DNA of 64,000 nucleotides from an uncultured candidate division Zixibacteria bacterium (GTDB lineage Bacteria; Zixibacteria; MSB-5A5; UBA10806; 4484-95): NCBI GenBank assembly GCA_963668625.2, contig CAXXKA010000008.1, positions 576,001 to 640,000 of the forward strand, read 5' to 3'. Shown piece by piece: positions 1 to 9,374 of this stretch (position 1 is its first letter; each line of letters starts with the position of its first letter). The notes under the pieces were generated by a model. It saw only the letters and a program-made list of their open reading frames with translations, ran no database searches and was not told where the DNA came from. The position numbers and the translations under genes were made by a program.

Positions 1-175
1 ATAAAAAGTCCTTATGCTGATACGGTTAGCTTATCGTGTTTAATGATTCGGCCGGTGACGGGTTTGTTTTATGTATATATGATGTCCGCTAACTTTAAAT
101 CGAAGGAGGTTACAGGCTTTATAGATTCGTTACCGGTAATTCGGCTTATTGAAAATCAATAAGGGAGGTTTATTA

Positions 176-412
176 ATGGCAGTGAAAAGAAAAGCTGTTA
201 CCGTACGCAGACCCAAAGGTGGGGGATTTCGGATACCCAAATCGTTGCTCGAGGAGTTCACCAGAGCGCCTATTATCGATTTGGGGGGCGCTGCGGGTTA
301 CTGGCCTATCGCACCGGCTCTATTGAAACGAGCCGATTTTTTCAAGAAGCTGGCAACCGATAAGCAGTTTTTGAAAGAATTCGATGTCATGATCGTACCC
401 AAGGCGCGTTAG
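176..412 (+). CDS. Small basic protein (78 aa), putative RiPP precursor peptide
   Basis: GGAGG RBS before ATG at 176 (preferred over TTG at 149). Directly upstream of a radical SAM gene. Central GGAAGYWP motif. Confidence 0.7.
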   Translation: MAVKRKAVTVRRPKGGGFRIPKSLLEEFTRAPIIDLGGAAGYWPIAPALLKRADFFKKLATDKQFLKEFDVMIVPKAR

Positions 413-421
413 TAACTACTC

Positions 422-461
422 AGGGGGAGAGAGGTGGCTCTACTGCGCCTCTCCCCTTTTT
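422..461 (+). terminator. Intrinsic terminator-like or mRNA-stabilising hairpin between peptide and rSAM genes
   Basis: GGGGAGAGAGGTG...CGCCTCTCCCC followed by TTTTT. Confidence 0.65.
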
Positions 462-496
462 AAGCGAAACAAATTCCATATAAGGCGGATATTATC

Positions 497-1549
497 ATGG
501 CCGTAAAATTCGAGCATCTCGATTTTTTACGAAACATAGCATTCATGCTGACCTACAAATGCTTTATCGCTTGCCCTCATTGCCTGTTCGATTCCGGCCC
601 GGCACGCAAAGAACAGATGCGTCTGGCTGATGTTTCCGAGTGGCTTACCGGGGCGGCGGCTTACCGGGATGGTCATATCGGCGGGCTGGCGCTGACAGGC
701 GGCGAGCCATTTGCCAGCCTCGATTTGCTGGAGAAAGTATCACGATGGGGCGCCCGGCTGGGATTCGTGCAGTCGGTTGTTACCAATGGCTACTGGGCCG
801 GCAGTTACCTCAAGGCTTTGGCCACGCTCAAACGATTTCCGGCAATCAAGCTCATAGCATTAAGCACCGATGAGTACCATCAGAAATTCATCCCGATAGA
901 GAATATCGAGAACGCCATACGCGCTGCTGACGAGTTGGGGCGAATCCATAGCCTGTCGGTTTGCACCGATAATTACGATAACCCGGCGTACAAGCGTACT
1001 ATCGATAAGCTTCAGCAAATAACCGAGCCGGAAAATATCCGTACGACGATTACCTTTCCTGTCGGTCGGGCGGAGCGAAAGGTTGATGGTTACCAGTATC
1101 GTATGAGCGCCGAGCCGGTGGTTTCGGTATGCTCGATGGCCAGCTCGCCGGTAATTTTCCCCGATGGCCGGGTGACCGGTTGTATCGGGCCGGTCGCAGT
1201 CAAGCTCGAGGGCAACCATCCGCTTGCCTGGGGCAGCCTTCGCGAAAACACATTAGCGGAGATACTGGATCGCGCCGAGTGTGACCCGGTGTTTCATGCT
1301 CTTCGCATATGGGGCCCGCATAAGCTGGTGTCGATCATCCGCGAGGCCGGCAAAGATAGCTGGCTGCCCAAAGAGTATCAAGCAGGCAGTATTTGCGATG
1401 TGTGTTACCGTCTGTTTAGGGATGACCGCATACTTGGTTTTTTGGATGATCTCCGCCGGGATGAGCAGTTCACGGAGAAGGTAGCCTACGGGCGGGTGTA
1501 CTATCTCGATGAGCCGCGGATGGCGGAGATGCTGGGAGTGGGAGTGTGA
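497..1549 (+). CDS. Radical SAM enzyme with twitch/SPASM-like auxiliary cluster, EpeE/YydG-like
   Basis: CFIACPHC (CxxxCxxC), TGGEP, TNGYW, STDEYHQKF, PVGRA, C..DGRVTGC..ICDVC; collinear with B. subtilis YydG motifs as recalled. Confidence 0.9.
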   Translation: MAVKFEHLDFLRNIAFMLTYKCFIACPHCLFDSGPARKEQMRLADVSEWLTGAAAYRDGHIGGLALTGGEPFASLDLLEKVSRWGARLGFVQSVVTNGYWAGSYLKALATLKRFPAIKLIALSTDEYHQKFIPIENIENAIRAADELGRIHSLSVCTDNYDNPAYKRTIDKLQQITEPENIRTTITFPVGRAERKVDGYQYRMSAEPVVSVCSMASSPVIFPDGRVTGCIGPVAVKLEGNHPLAWGSLRENTLAEILDRAECDPVFHALRIWGPHKLVSIIREAGKDSWLPKEYQAGSICDVCYRLFRDDRILGFLDDLRRDEQFTEKVAYGRVYYLDEPRMAEMLGVGV

Positions 1550-1550
1550 A

Positions 1551-1958
1551 TTAACTTCTCAAGAACGCTTCGATTTTATCGATCGTACTTTCGAAATCAT
1601 CTTTGATAGAATGTTCCCAGACGACTAATACTTGCCATCCGAGTGAACGTAACTGTCTATTCTTTCTTTGATCTCTCGCTCTGTTCTGGGTGATTTTCTC
1701 TCGCCAAAAGTCGCTCGACAGTTTAGGTTCCCATCTGGGGTATTGCCAGCCATGCCAAAAGTCACTATGAATAAATACGGCTTTTTTCTCCGATGGCTTT
1801 GCTATGTCCGGTGTGCCTGGTACTCTTTTATAGTGTTTTTGGAAATATATTTTACGTTTCCTTAATGCGGAGAAAACCATTAGCTCGATCTTGCTATTCT
1901 TAGGCCGAACACGGCTCATCAAATAGCTACGTTGCTTTTTAGTGAGGCGATCTGTCAT
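1551..1958 (-). CDS. vsr: Very short patch repair endonuclease
   Basis: MTDRLTKKQRSYLMSRV, PGTPD, FIHSDFWHG, FWREKITQNRARD, GWQVLVVWE; start trimmed to ATG 1958. Confidence 0.92.
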   Translation of the reverse strand: MTDRLTKKQRSYLMSRVRPKNSKIELMVFSALRKRKIYFQKHYKRVPGTPDIAKPSEKKAVFIHSDFWHGWQYPRWEPKLSSDFWREKITQNRARDQRKNRQLRSLGWQVLVVWEHSIKDDFESTIDKIEAFLRS

Positions 1959-2000
1959 AAAACAACATATATGAGTTCGCCAAAAATTAAAAGTCAATTC

Positions 2001-3650
2001 TTAATCAGTTTTTAAAAGCGTTATTAATCGCCCTTTTATATTGTGATATACCGTTGTTAATTTTTCTTTTGCTTCGGATTGCAACAATGCTGTATGCATC
2101 AAAGCATCTCGGATTGGTTTATATTGTTTAGAATCATTTGTAAGCCCAATACTAGGGCCACCCTTATGTGGATCAATTGTACTAGCAAGATTATCCATAT
2201 CAAGATAACTCAACTTGCTTTTGTTTTGTCTTAATTCAATATTTACATTACCACGTAATTTATTATTTTTTTCCTTTTCTAATAATTCTTCGAATCTTTT
2301 TTCTATTGGGGCAGGGAGGAGTATTTTTTCATTCTCAATATATAATCTTAATAGATTTTCAGATATAAAACAATCAGCATAAGAGCTAAAATTAAACGTT
2401 GCATCAGAATGTAGCAAATTTACCCAATCTTTTATCTTTTTTGCACTTTTAGTATCCGCTGATAAGGCGTACTCATCAGCCACTGCATTAAACAATTCTT
2501 CAGACTTGCGATCTTTTGGTGTAATGCTTGGATTGTCTGGATCGCCATCCTTTTTATGATCCCTTCTAAGTTTATCCCACTGATCAAATATTATTGCAAT
2601 TACTTCTGATTTAAAAATCTCCAAGAAACTATTAAATTTAGGATCATCTGATACTATATTTTCTCTACTACTAGTAAATCTATCCTTTTCATCATCCAAT
2701 TCATTATAATGAATTTGTCCATATAGGTAACTCTCAACAACCCGAGCTGTTGGTATATGTTTCAATATATCTTTTTCTCTTAATCTTCCATTAACGAATA
2801 AATCTACACTTACTTTATGGTCAGTTGATCTTATCTTTAGATCTTTAGGTTTTTCAACTGAGGCTATAAATCCCTTAATTGGATGTTTAACCTTTAGCTC
2901 AATAATTTTTACTTTAATATTCTTTAGTCTGGTTCTTATAAAAGGATCATCTAAATTATTTAAATTCCATACGAACTCGGTTTTTGTTGCTAAATCATCT
3001 AAATCATCGAAATTTATTATTTTGTTATCAAAGTAAATATTAAAAGTCTTGTCAATTAAAGAGAATCGAAAATTTAACGCTACGATTTTTCTTAAATACT
3101 CAACTCTATTATATATGCCTTCGCGAATATGTTCAAAATATATAATTGTCCCTTGCGAATGATCTTTAGTCAATTCAGCGAACGAGTCTAATTTAATCTC
3201 TTCAAGGGGATATTTATCTGGGGTAAGATCTTGTTCGATTGCTTTATCAAGACCACTATTGTCAATTATTCCGCCGGTGTAGTCAGTAGCTTTTGTTTTA
3301 GATATAATTGTTATTTTTTCAGCGCATGATAATAATGCGAGCTTCCCAATGCCTTTTCTGCCGATGAAAGGCCTCCCCTTCCTAGACTTAAAGTGGCCAT
3401 CTTTTCTCTTTGAATATCCTATCTTAAGAAACATATTCTGAAAATCATCAGTATTCATACCTTTTCCATCATCTTTTATTATCATACTGCTTGAATCTCT
3501 GTTAATATAAACCCAAACGTTTTTCGCGTCAGCATCCCAGGAATTAGATATTGCTTCACCTAATACTGTCATAAAACTTCTATATAAATTTCTTCCAAGA
3601 TGATTTAGAACACTTAATGATATTTCAAAAGTAAAACGATCCTTAGCCAT
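2001..3650 (-). CDS. MORC/MutL-type GHKL ATPase with probable C-terminal Swt1-like HEPN domain
   Basis: N-box EAISNSWDA, G1 DDGKGM, G2 GRKGIG, G3 QGT; S5-like region LFVNGRL..YLYGQI; C-terminal ENLLR and RDALMH. Confidence 0.85.
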   Translation of the reverse strand: MAKDRFTFEISLSVLNHLGRNLYRSFMTVLGEAISNSWDADAKNVWVYINRDSSSMIIKDDGKGMNTDDFQNMFLKIGYSKRKDGHFKSRKGRPFIGRKGIGKLALLSCAEKITIISKTKATDYTGGIIDNSGLDKAIEQDLTPDKYPLEEIKLDSFAELTKDHSQGTIIYFEHIREGIYNRVEYLRKIVALNFRFSLIDKTFNIYFDNKIINFDDLDDLATKTEFVWNLNNLDDPFIRTRLKNIKVKIIELKVKHPIKGFIASVEKPKDLKIRSTDHKVSVDLFVNGRLREKDILKHIPTARVVESYLYGQIHYNELDDEKDRFTSSRENIVSDDPKFNSFLEIFKSEVIAIIFDQWDKLRRDHKKDGDPDNPSITPKDRKSEELFNAVADEYALSADTKSAKKIKDWVNLLHSDATFNFSSYADCFISENLLRLYIENEKILLPAPIEKRFEELLEKEKNNKLRGNVNIELRQNKSKLSYLDMDNLASTIDPHKGGPSIGLTNDSKQYKPIRDALMHTALLQSEAKEKLTTVYHNIKGRLITLLKTD

Positions 3651-4722
3651 AATTTCTCACATGTTCTTTTATACTTTTCCCTATAACTTTGCCCAATCTA
3701 ACCGGTACTGCGTTTCCAATAAACTTGGCAATTTGTGCGATTTGAATAGTGTTACCGGGCTCATAAAATCTATAGTACTTGGGGAAGGTCTGAAAAATAG
3801 CAGCTTCCCTGAGGCTGATTGCCCTGTCTTGCTCGGGATGACCGAATCTACCATTGCCCAATCCGATACATTGTGTTGTCATAGTTGGTGCAGGTTCATC
3901 CCATTTCATCCTGCCATAAACAGAGCAGCGATATGTTTTACCTGATTTTTTCTTATGACAAGGCAGTTGCAAATCCTCACTCCAACTTTTAGAGCTACCA
4001 CCATCATGGGGTGTTGCTTTTATTCTCTTTACATTTTCAGCGCTAAGCTTTCTAGTTCGGTGAAGTGGATCCTTGGGATGAACATCCCCGTCTTTTATGG
4101 GTGGTAATTTATAAATTACATCCCTGACATGGATTTTATTATTTTCGTGAGTTTTTTGGACAAGCGAAATATCACCGAATCTCGAAGCCAGTAATACTAA
4201 ACGCTTTCTCCTTTGCGGAACACCATAATCTGATACATCTACTATTTTATATTCTGTTTTATATCCACATCTATCCAAGGTATCCAGAAATGTTTTAAAG
4301 ATGGGATATTTCTTGGTATCGGCCAAATTGCTTACGTTTTCCATGGATACTATATCCGGTAGCACTTGCTCTATAAGTTGAGCGAATTTCTCTAGTGGTT
4401 GAAGTTGTTGTTTGGTTACTCTCCTTAAATTATAACTGGAAAAAGGCTGGCAAGGAGCACACCCGGCTAGTACGCGAATAGTATCATCCTCATTTCCGAA
4501 CAATTCATTGATATCTTTCGCTTTCACATCTAAAATATCTTTACCAATGAAATTGGAATTGTTGTTGTACTCGAAACCGTATCTGCATGATTCATCATTA
4601 TCAATACCGGCGACCACATCCAATCCCTGTTTGATGAGACCATGTGTTAAGCCACCAATCCCACAAAATAAATCTATTACTTTTATTTTTGGTCTAAACT
4701 TTTTCATTTGTTTGTTACTCAT
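3643..4722 (-). CDS. dcm: DNA (cytosine-5)-methyltransferase
   Basis: Motif I FCGIGG, IV PCQPFS, VI ENV, VIII QRRKR, X IGNAV. Overlaps the ATPase start by 8 nt. Start trimmed to ATG 4722. Confidence 0.95.
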   Translation of the reverse strand: MSNKQMKKFRPKIKVIDLFCGIGGLTHGLIKQGLDVVAGIDNDESCRYGFEYNNNSNFIGKDILDVKAKDINELFGNEDDTIRVLAGCAPCQPFSSYNLRRVTKQQLQPLEKFAQLIEQVLPDIVSMENVSNLADTKKYPIFKTFLDTLDRCGYKTEYKIVDVSDYGVPQRRKRLVLLASRFGDISLVQKTHENNKIHVRDVIYKLPPIKDGDVHPKDPLHRTRKLSAENVKRIKATPHDGGSSKSWSEDLQLPCHKKKSGKTYRCSVYGRMKWDEPAPTMTTQCIGLGNGRFGHPEQDRAISLREAAIFQTFPKYYRFYEPGNTIQIAQIAKFIGNAVPVRLGKVIGKSIKEHVRNYG

Positions 4723-4956
4723 TTGTTGTCTGATTTTAGTTCGATGTAACAAGTTAACCCAAAACACCAAAATATACCCTGTTATCTAAGATCGATCAAG
4801 TAGTTTTTCATTTTTTTTAAAATGCGATTAATGGTTTTAAATCAGAGGGATGAAATATATTTAGTTCGCCCCCCCGGAATAACGCGAATATTCCATTGTA
4901 TCATTATCAGAAAATATTTATCTTATACCAGTCGGATCTAACTTACGGAGGTTGTT

Positions 4957-5505
4957 TTGAGATATCTTGCCTTTAATATAATACTCGCTGTAATGCTTCT
5001 CCCCCTCGGCTGTGATGATAACCCCACCGGGCCGGAAAACGTGCTGGTGCTCTCCGATGGTTTCGAACGTCTGGGTAGCCCCACCTATACCGGCTGGCAG
5101 ATCGCGCAGGACTCGATCGAGTTTGATATCGATACGCCTGTCGAGGGTAGTGTCTACTCGTTGATGCTTCGACCGGGCAATGATATCGCCGGCACAGCCG
5201 AGAAGTTTCTCGATAACGAACATGGCAGCGGGATTTATCAATTCTCGGTGTGGGCTAAGATGTCCTCAGGCCAGCCATCGCAGACAGGCTACGTACAGTT
5301 CGGCGTGTTTGCCGGGGATGTCGTAACACAGGCGAAATCGACCCCGTTGACCGATACCTCCTGGGCATGGATTACGATTACCGATACCCTGACATTAGGC
5401 CAGGATGAACAGTTGTACCTGAAACTCTCCTGCGGCGCGGGTCACACCGGCGATCAGTGGTATTCTCTTTTCGATGCTGTCAGGCTGGAGAAAATTAACA
5501 GGTAA
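4957..5505 (+). CDS. Lipoprotein with CBM4/9-like beta-sandwich
   Basis: Lipobox LPLGC; DGFE..GW, EGSVYSL, YQFSVWAK, FDAVRLE pattern. Confidence 0.65.
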   Translation: MRYLAFNIILAVMLLPLGCDDNPTGPENVLVLSDGFERLGSPTYTGWQIAQDSIEFDIDTPVEGSVYSLMLRPGNDIAGTAEKFLDNEHGSGIYQFSVWAKMSSGQPSQTGYVQFGVFAGDVVTQAKSTPLTDTSWAWITITDTLTLGQDEQLYLKLSCGAGHTGDQWYSLFDAVRLEKINR

Positions 5506-5717
5506 GGATATTCCCGAAAGCGCTCCAGACGGTTAGTGGCTGTTGCTATGGCTCGGCTTATCCCCGACTGGTACAATTCCAGGTAATAAATACTTTCTTG
5601 TATATAATTTATCGATAGATCAATATTTCATCTACTGTTCCAAAATAAGGCGGCCTTTTTTAAGAGCGCCTTATAATTTGCCGAAAACCAAGTAAGACAT
5701 ATATTTTGGAGGACTAA

Positions 5718-6590
5718 ATGCGCACTCTTCAGGTGATAACTGCAATTCGCGTGATCGAGAAAATCTACGATAATGAAACCAAAGATGCTATATTCGGTGG
5801 CGGTCTTATCTCGGCTGCTCAAAGCAACGAATCGGATTTCCTTCAACGCTTTATTACCGCTACTCATGAGTTGGCTCGCGCCTCGGCAGTGCTGCAGCAA
5901 AACTCCGATGTTATAAAGGTTCTCAAGGCATTCGATCTCGAGCCTCTTATCGACAGGGATTTTATAACAAACCTGGCGCTTTCGGCCTCGCAGGGTACCG
6001 GCAGCGATAAGCTCATATCACTTCTGCAGATGGTGGTCGATCCGTGGCGGGCCATGACCGGCTGTACCAGCGCCCTTGATAGCTTGACGATCCCGGATGA
6101 TTTACGTCGCGCCCAGGCCGAAAAAAATGTCATTTCGATAGAACTTCACTATAAAGAATACCACTACCCGACTTTAACCGAGACGATTAAAGTAGTGGAT
6201 TTGCTCAACCAGTTGTACCAGGTGGTCGCCGCTATCTATGGCAAGGCCAACCAGGCTGATTTGACATTGGTGAAAATCGATAGCGGTTCCTCGATACGTT
6301 TCGATTGCAAGGGTATCAAAGAGCTGATTCAGCCGATAAAGGCGTTTATGATCGAGGCCTGGAATGAGCTTCGCCATAAAGGTATAGATAAACTTCTGGG
6401 GGATAACAAGGCCATGCTCTCCAGCTTACCGATAATGGATCAGCTTGCCAAGCGCGAGCAGGATAAATCCATCGATATAGAGAAAGCGGAGCAATTGCGC
6501 AGGAAAATACTCGGTACTACACTCGGTTTATTCGCCCAGGGAGCCAGGATGTCTAACACCGCACCCTGTCGACCTCAAAATCCGGTATAG
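5718..6590 (+). CDS. Hypothetical protein, possibly C-terminally truncated
   Basis: GGAGG RBS, 290-aa ORF; no family recognised. Confidence 0.7.
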   Translation: MRTLQVITAIRVIEKIYDNETKDAIFGGGLISAAQSNESDFLQRFITATHELARASAVLQQNSDVIKVLKAFDLEPLIDRDFITNLALSASQGTGSDKLISLLQMVVDPWRAMTGCTSALDSLTIPDDLRRAQAEKNVISIELHYKEYHYPTLTETIKVVDLLNQLYQVVAAIYGKANQADLTLVKIDSGSSIRFDCKGIKELIQPIKAFMIEAWNELRHKGIDKLLGDNKAMLSSLPIMDQLAKREQDKSIDIEKAEQLRRKILGTTLGLFAQGARMSNTAPCRPQNPV

Positions 6591-6826
6591 TACTATATCG
6601 AACTACCCCTTGCGGGTGATTTTTAGAGATGGCAATATAGCCGCTAACACAATATATCACAAGCAAATAGAGGCATATCCAGGATTTAAAAAAATCCGAG
6701 ATCGATAAAATCATTTTTATCAATGATACGTATAATTCCCATATCAAGACAGAATCGAGCAATGGTGGCTATCTGTTTTTAAAAGTATTGCAATTTTAGA
6801 TATCTCAGGAAAGACCGATAAAACCA

Positions 6827-6854
6827 TTGACCATAAGTATAATACTATTATCTT
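6827..6854 (+). promoter_or_regulatory. Sigma70-like promoter
   Basis: TTGACC-16-TATCTT upstream of the 6885 ORF. Confidence 0.55.
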
Positions 6855-6884
6855 GTACTTATGAATTTATCGTAAACGGAGGTT

Positions 6885-7754
6885 GTGATGAGACAAACTA
6901 AATTAACTATTGTTGCACTGTTGGTATTACTGGTTTCCGTGTCGTCCTACGGCTCATATAAATCCGAGGAGATTAGCGCCGCCAAGAAAGCTTACGATCT
7001 TGGCAAGTACGATGAATGTGCCGAGCACTACAAAGCGGCGATTAAGATCGATTCTGATTCCGGGGAGTTGTATTATAAATATGCTGCCTGCCTGGCTTTG
7101 CAAGGCAATTTGGATGGGGCATTTGAAAACCTGGAGAAAGCCCTGGAAAACGGTTTTATCGCTATTGACGATTTGAAGAAAAATAACGATTTTGCGTTTC
7201 TTGCCGGTGACAAACGCTGGCTGGTTATAGTCAGCAAAGGCGAAAAGTACCTGAAAAAATATCTCGATTCGGTAAATATCTGGGTCTACCAGATGTTCGA
7301 ATCGGACAGGCTCGACCGGAAAAATTTCGGCAGGAAAGATGACTGGTCGCTGGTTGCCAAGAAAGATAGTATGCGTCGCGAAAGAATCAAAGGTATCATG
7401 GCTAAAAGCGAGTTGAAGGTATCCGACGATTACTATCACGCCGCCATGATAATGCATCACGGAACGGACTCCACCGATTATAGAATAGCCAACGAACTGG
7501 CCGCCAAAGCTGTCGAGTTGGATTCCAAGAACGAAAAAGCCAGATGGTTATTCGCGGCCTCAAAAGACCGTCACCTGCTGGCAACGGGTAAACCGCAGAT
7601 TTACGGTACGCAGTACAATTATGTAAACGGCAGGTATACGTTGGACCCATTCGATCGAAAAGCGATCAGCGATAAGCAGCGTAAAAAATGGGGAGTACCG
7701 TCCCTGGATGAGACGCAGAAAAAGATAGCCCGACTAAACGGCATAAAAAAATAA
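6885..7754 (+). CDS. Secreted TPR plus DUF6624-like protein
   Basis: Signal peptide, TPR (YYKYAACLAL..AFENLEKALENGF), DR..GKPQIYGTQY. Confidence 0.75.
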   Translation: MMRQTKLTIVALLVLLVSVSSYGSYKSEEISAAKKAYDLGKYDECAEHYKAAIKIDSDSGELYYKYAACLALQGNLDGAFENLEKALENGFIAIDDLKKNNDFAFLAGDKRWLVIVSKGEKYLKKYLDSVNIWVYQMFESDRLDRKNFGRKDDWSLVAKKDSMRRERIKGIMAKSELKVSDDYYHAAMIMHHGTDSTDYRIANELAAKAVELDSKNEKARWLFAASKDRHLLATGKPQIYGTQYNYVNGRYTLDPFDRKAISDKQRKKWGVPSLDETQKKIARLNGIKK

Positions 7755-7779
7755 AACTCTACTGCCCCGAGGAGGGGAA

Positions 7780-8229
7780 ATGAAATCAATTATACTTTTG
7801 TTGCTTGCTCCTTTGCTATTTGCTTTTGCATGTAGTAAAACCAAGGTCGATATCGAGCAGGAAAAGGCCGATTTGCTCGATACCGATAGAGCTTTTGCCG
7901 CCGCCTCCATCGAAAAAGGCGCGGCCGAGGCATTCAGGATGTATTTAACCGAGGACGCTCTTCAGTTGCCACAGGGGGGCGCGCCGCTTATGGGCCGGGA
8001 GTCTATCTACCAGAATATGGCTAAATCTACATTGGATTATACACTGGCCTGGACACCGCAACAAGCCGAGGTTGCCCGGGCCGGAGATATGGGCTGGTCC
8101 TGGGGATTGTATAAAATGAACTGGGTAGATAAAGACGGTGAGCCCAAAGAGAGTAACGGCAAGTATCTGAATATCTGGCGCAAGATGGATGACGGCAGCT
8201 GGCGCGTTGTTGTTGATATGGGGAATTGA
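7780..8229 (+). CDS. NTF2/DUF4440 (SnoaL-like) lipoprotein
   Basis: Lipobox FAFAC; GDMGWSWG, GKYLNIWRK..DGSWRVVVD. Confidence 0.85.
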   Translation: MKSIILLLLAPLLFAFACSKTKVDIEQEKADLLDTDRAFAAASIEKGAAEAFRMYLTEDALQLPQGGAPLMGRESIYQNMAKSTLDYTLAWTPQQAEVARAGDMGWSWGLYKMNWVDKDGEPKESNGKYLNIWRKMDDGSWRVVVDMGN

Positions 8230-8248
8230 TATCTAATCGATTAACCAA

Positions 8249-9247
8249 TCACTCGCTTTTTGTTTCGCGTAAATACCTGGCCGCCGATTCGGGAGCTACC
8301 GTGTTTATATAAATGCCGGTACCTATCTCGAATCCCGCCGCGGTCGATACCTTGGGAATTATCACCATATACCAGTGAAAATACCGGGTGTTCTCATCCC
8401 CTATCGGCGAGGAACGAATTACGAAATTGTAATCCGGATTATCCAGGCAGACATATATTTTATTCAGTGTGTTCCTGAGCATCCAGGCCATCTCCTCGAT
8501 CTCCTCATCATCTATAAGCATAAAGCTTGCCTGGTGATGTTTTGGATAGATTCTGGTCTCGAATGGAGTTCTTGAGGCAAACGGACAGAAAGCGATAAAA
8601 TTATCGGAGTCGAACACGACGCGCTCTTTTTGCCTTAGTTCCTCACGAAGTATATCGCAGTAAACACACGAACCATACTTATCATAATGTGCCACTGCCT
8701 GCTCTATGGGGTACCTGACATGCGGGGGCACGATAGGCGTGGCAATTATCTGGGAATGAGGGTGCTCCAGAGATGTTCCAGCCAGGGGGCCGTGATTTCT
8801 GAATATAGTAACGAGATTTATGTTCTCGTTCTTGCTGATTGCCAGCTGCCTTTCCCGATAAGCCTTGAGAACATCCGCGACCTCTGTTAAACCCATAGTG
8901 GCCAGAGTTTGATTGTGTTGAGGAGATTCGATTACCACCTCGGCTATACCGAATCCTTTTGCGGCTAAAAAATCACCGACCCGGGTACGGGTGGTTGCCA
9001 GATCATCCTGTAAAGCAGCGAATTTATTCGGTACCACTCTTACCCGCCAACTCTCGCTATTTCCATGTTCCAGTAAAGACTCTGGCGTGTTAGCCTCATT
9101 CCCCGGACAAAACGGGCAATCATCCTTATGCTCGGGGGGCAATTTTCGTTTGGATTTCTTTTTGGCGAAATCGTTCGGCCTACGGCCTCGTTCAGTTGCG
9201 ACTACGACCCATTCTTTGGTGGCCTTGTTCTGGCGAAACTCAGGAAT
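8249..9247 (-). CDS. galT: Galactose-1-phosphate uridylyltransferase
   Basis: CPFCPGNE, PNKF, HPHSQ. Conserved N-terminus PEFRQNKATKEWVVVATERGRRP continues in frame up to an ATT at 9247 with an AAGGAG RBS. Confidence 0.92.
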   Translation of the reverse strand: MPEFRQNKATKEWVVVATERGRRPNDFAKKKSKRKLPPEHKDDCPFCPGNEANTPESLLEHGNSESWRVRVVPNKFAALQDDLATTRTRVGDFLAAKGFGIAEVVIESPQHNQTLATMGLTEVADVLKAYRERQLAISKNENINLVTIFRNHGPLAGTSLEHPHSQIIATPIVPPHVRYPIEQAVAHYDKYGSCVYCDILREELRQKERVVFDSDNFIAFCPFASRTPFETRIYPKHHQASFMLIDDEEIEEMAWMLRNTLNKIYVCLDNPDYNFVIRSSPIGDENTRYFHWYMVIIPKVSTAAGFEIGTGIYINTVAPESAARYLRETKSE

Positions 9248-9374
9248 AATAATCTCCTTATTTTAAAAATTAAGTATTCGAATTTTATGCTAATACACGT
9301 CTGATTTCAATAAATAAAACGAATTAGAGGAAATTAAAATTGAAAATACCCATAAAGATAAATATAATATCGAT

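Larger units (their letters stand above)
1551..4900. mobile_element. Low-GC defence/modification island
   Basis: Visibly AT-rich compared with flanks; carries dcm-ATPase-vsr. No integrase or att sites seen. Confidence 0.6.

Noticed and set aside
2001-3650. Calling the ATPase mutL or a histidine kinase
   Set aside because: No MutL C-terminal endonuclease motif and no HisKA H-box; context is dcm/vsr
6588-6626. TAG read-through (pyrrolysine) of the 5718 ORF
   Set aside because: A second TAG follows within about 12 codons and there is no supporting context
6551-6700. GTCTAAC as an integron attC inverse core
   Set aside because: No matching GTTRRRY or palindrome downstream, and no integrase
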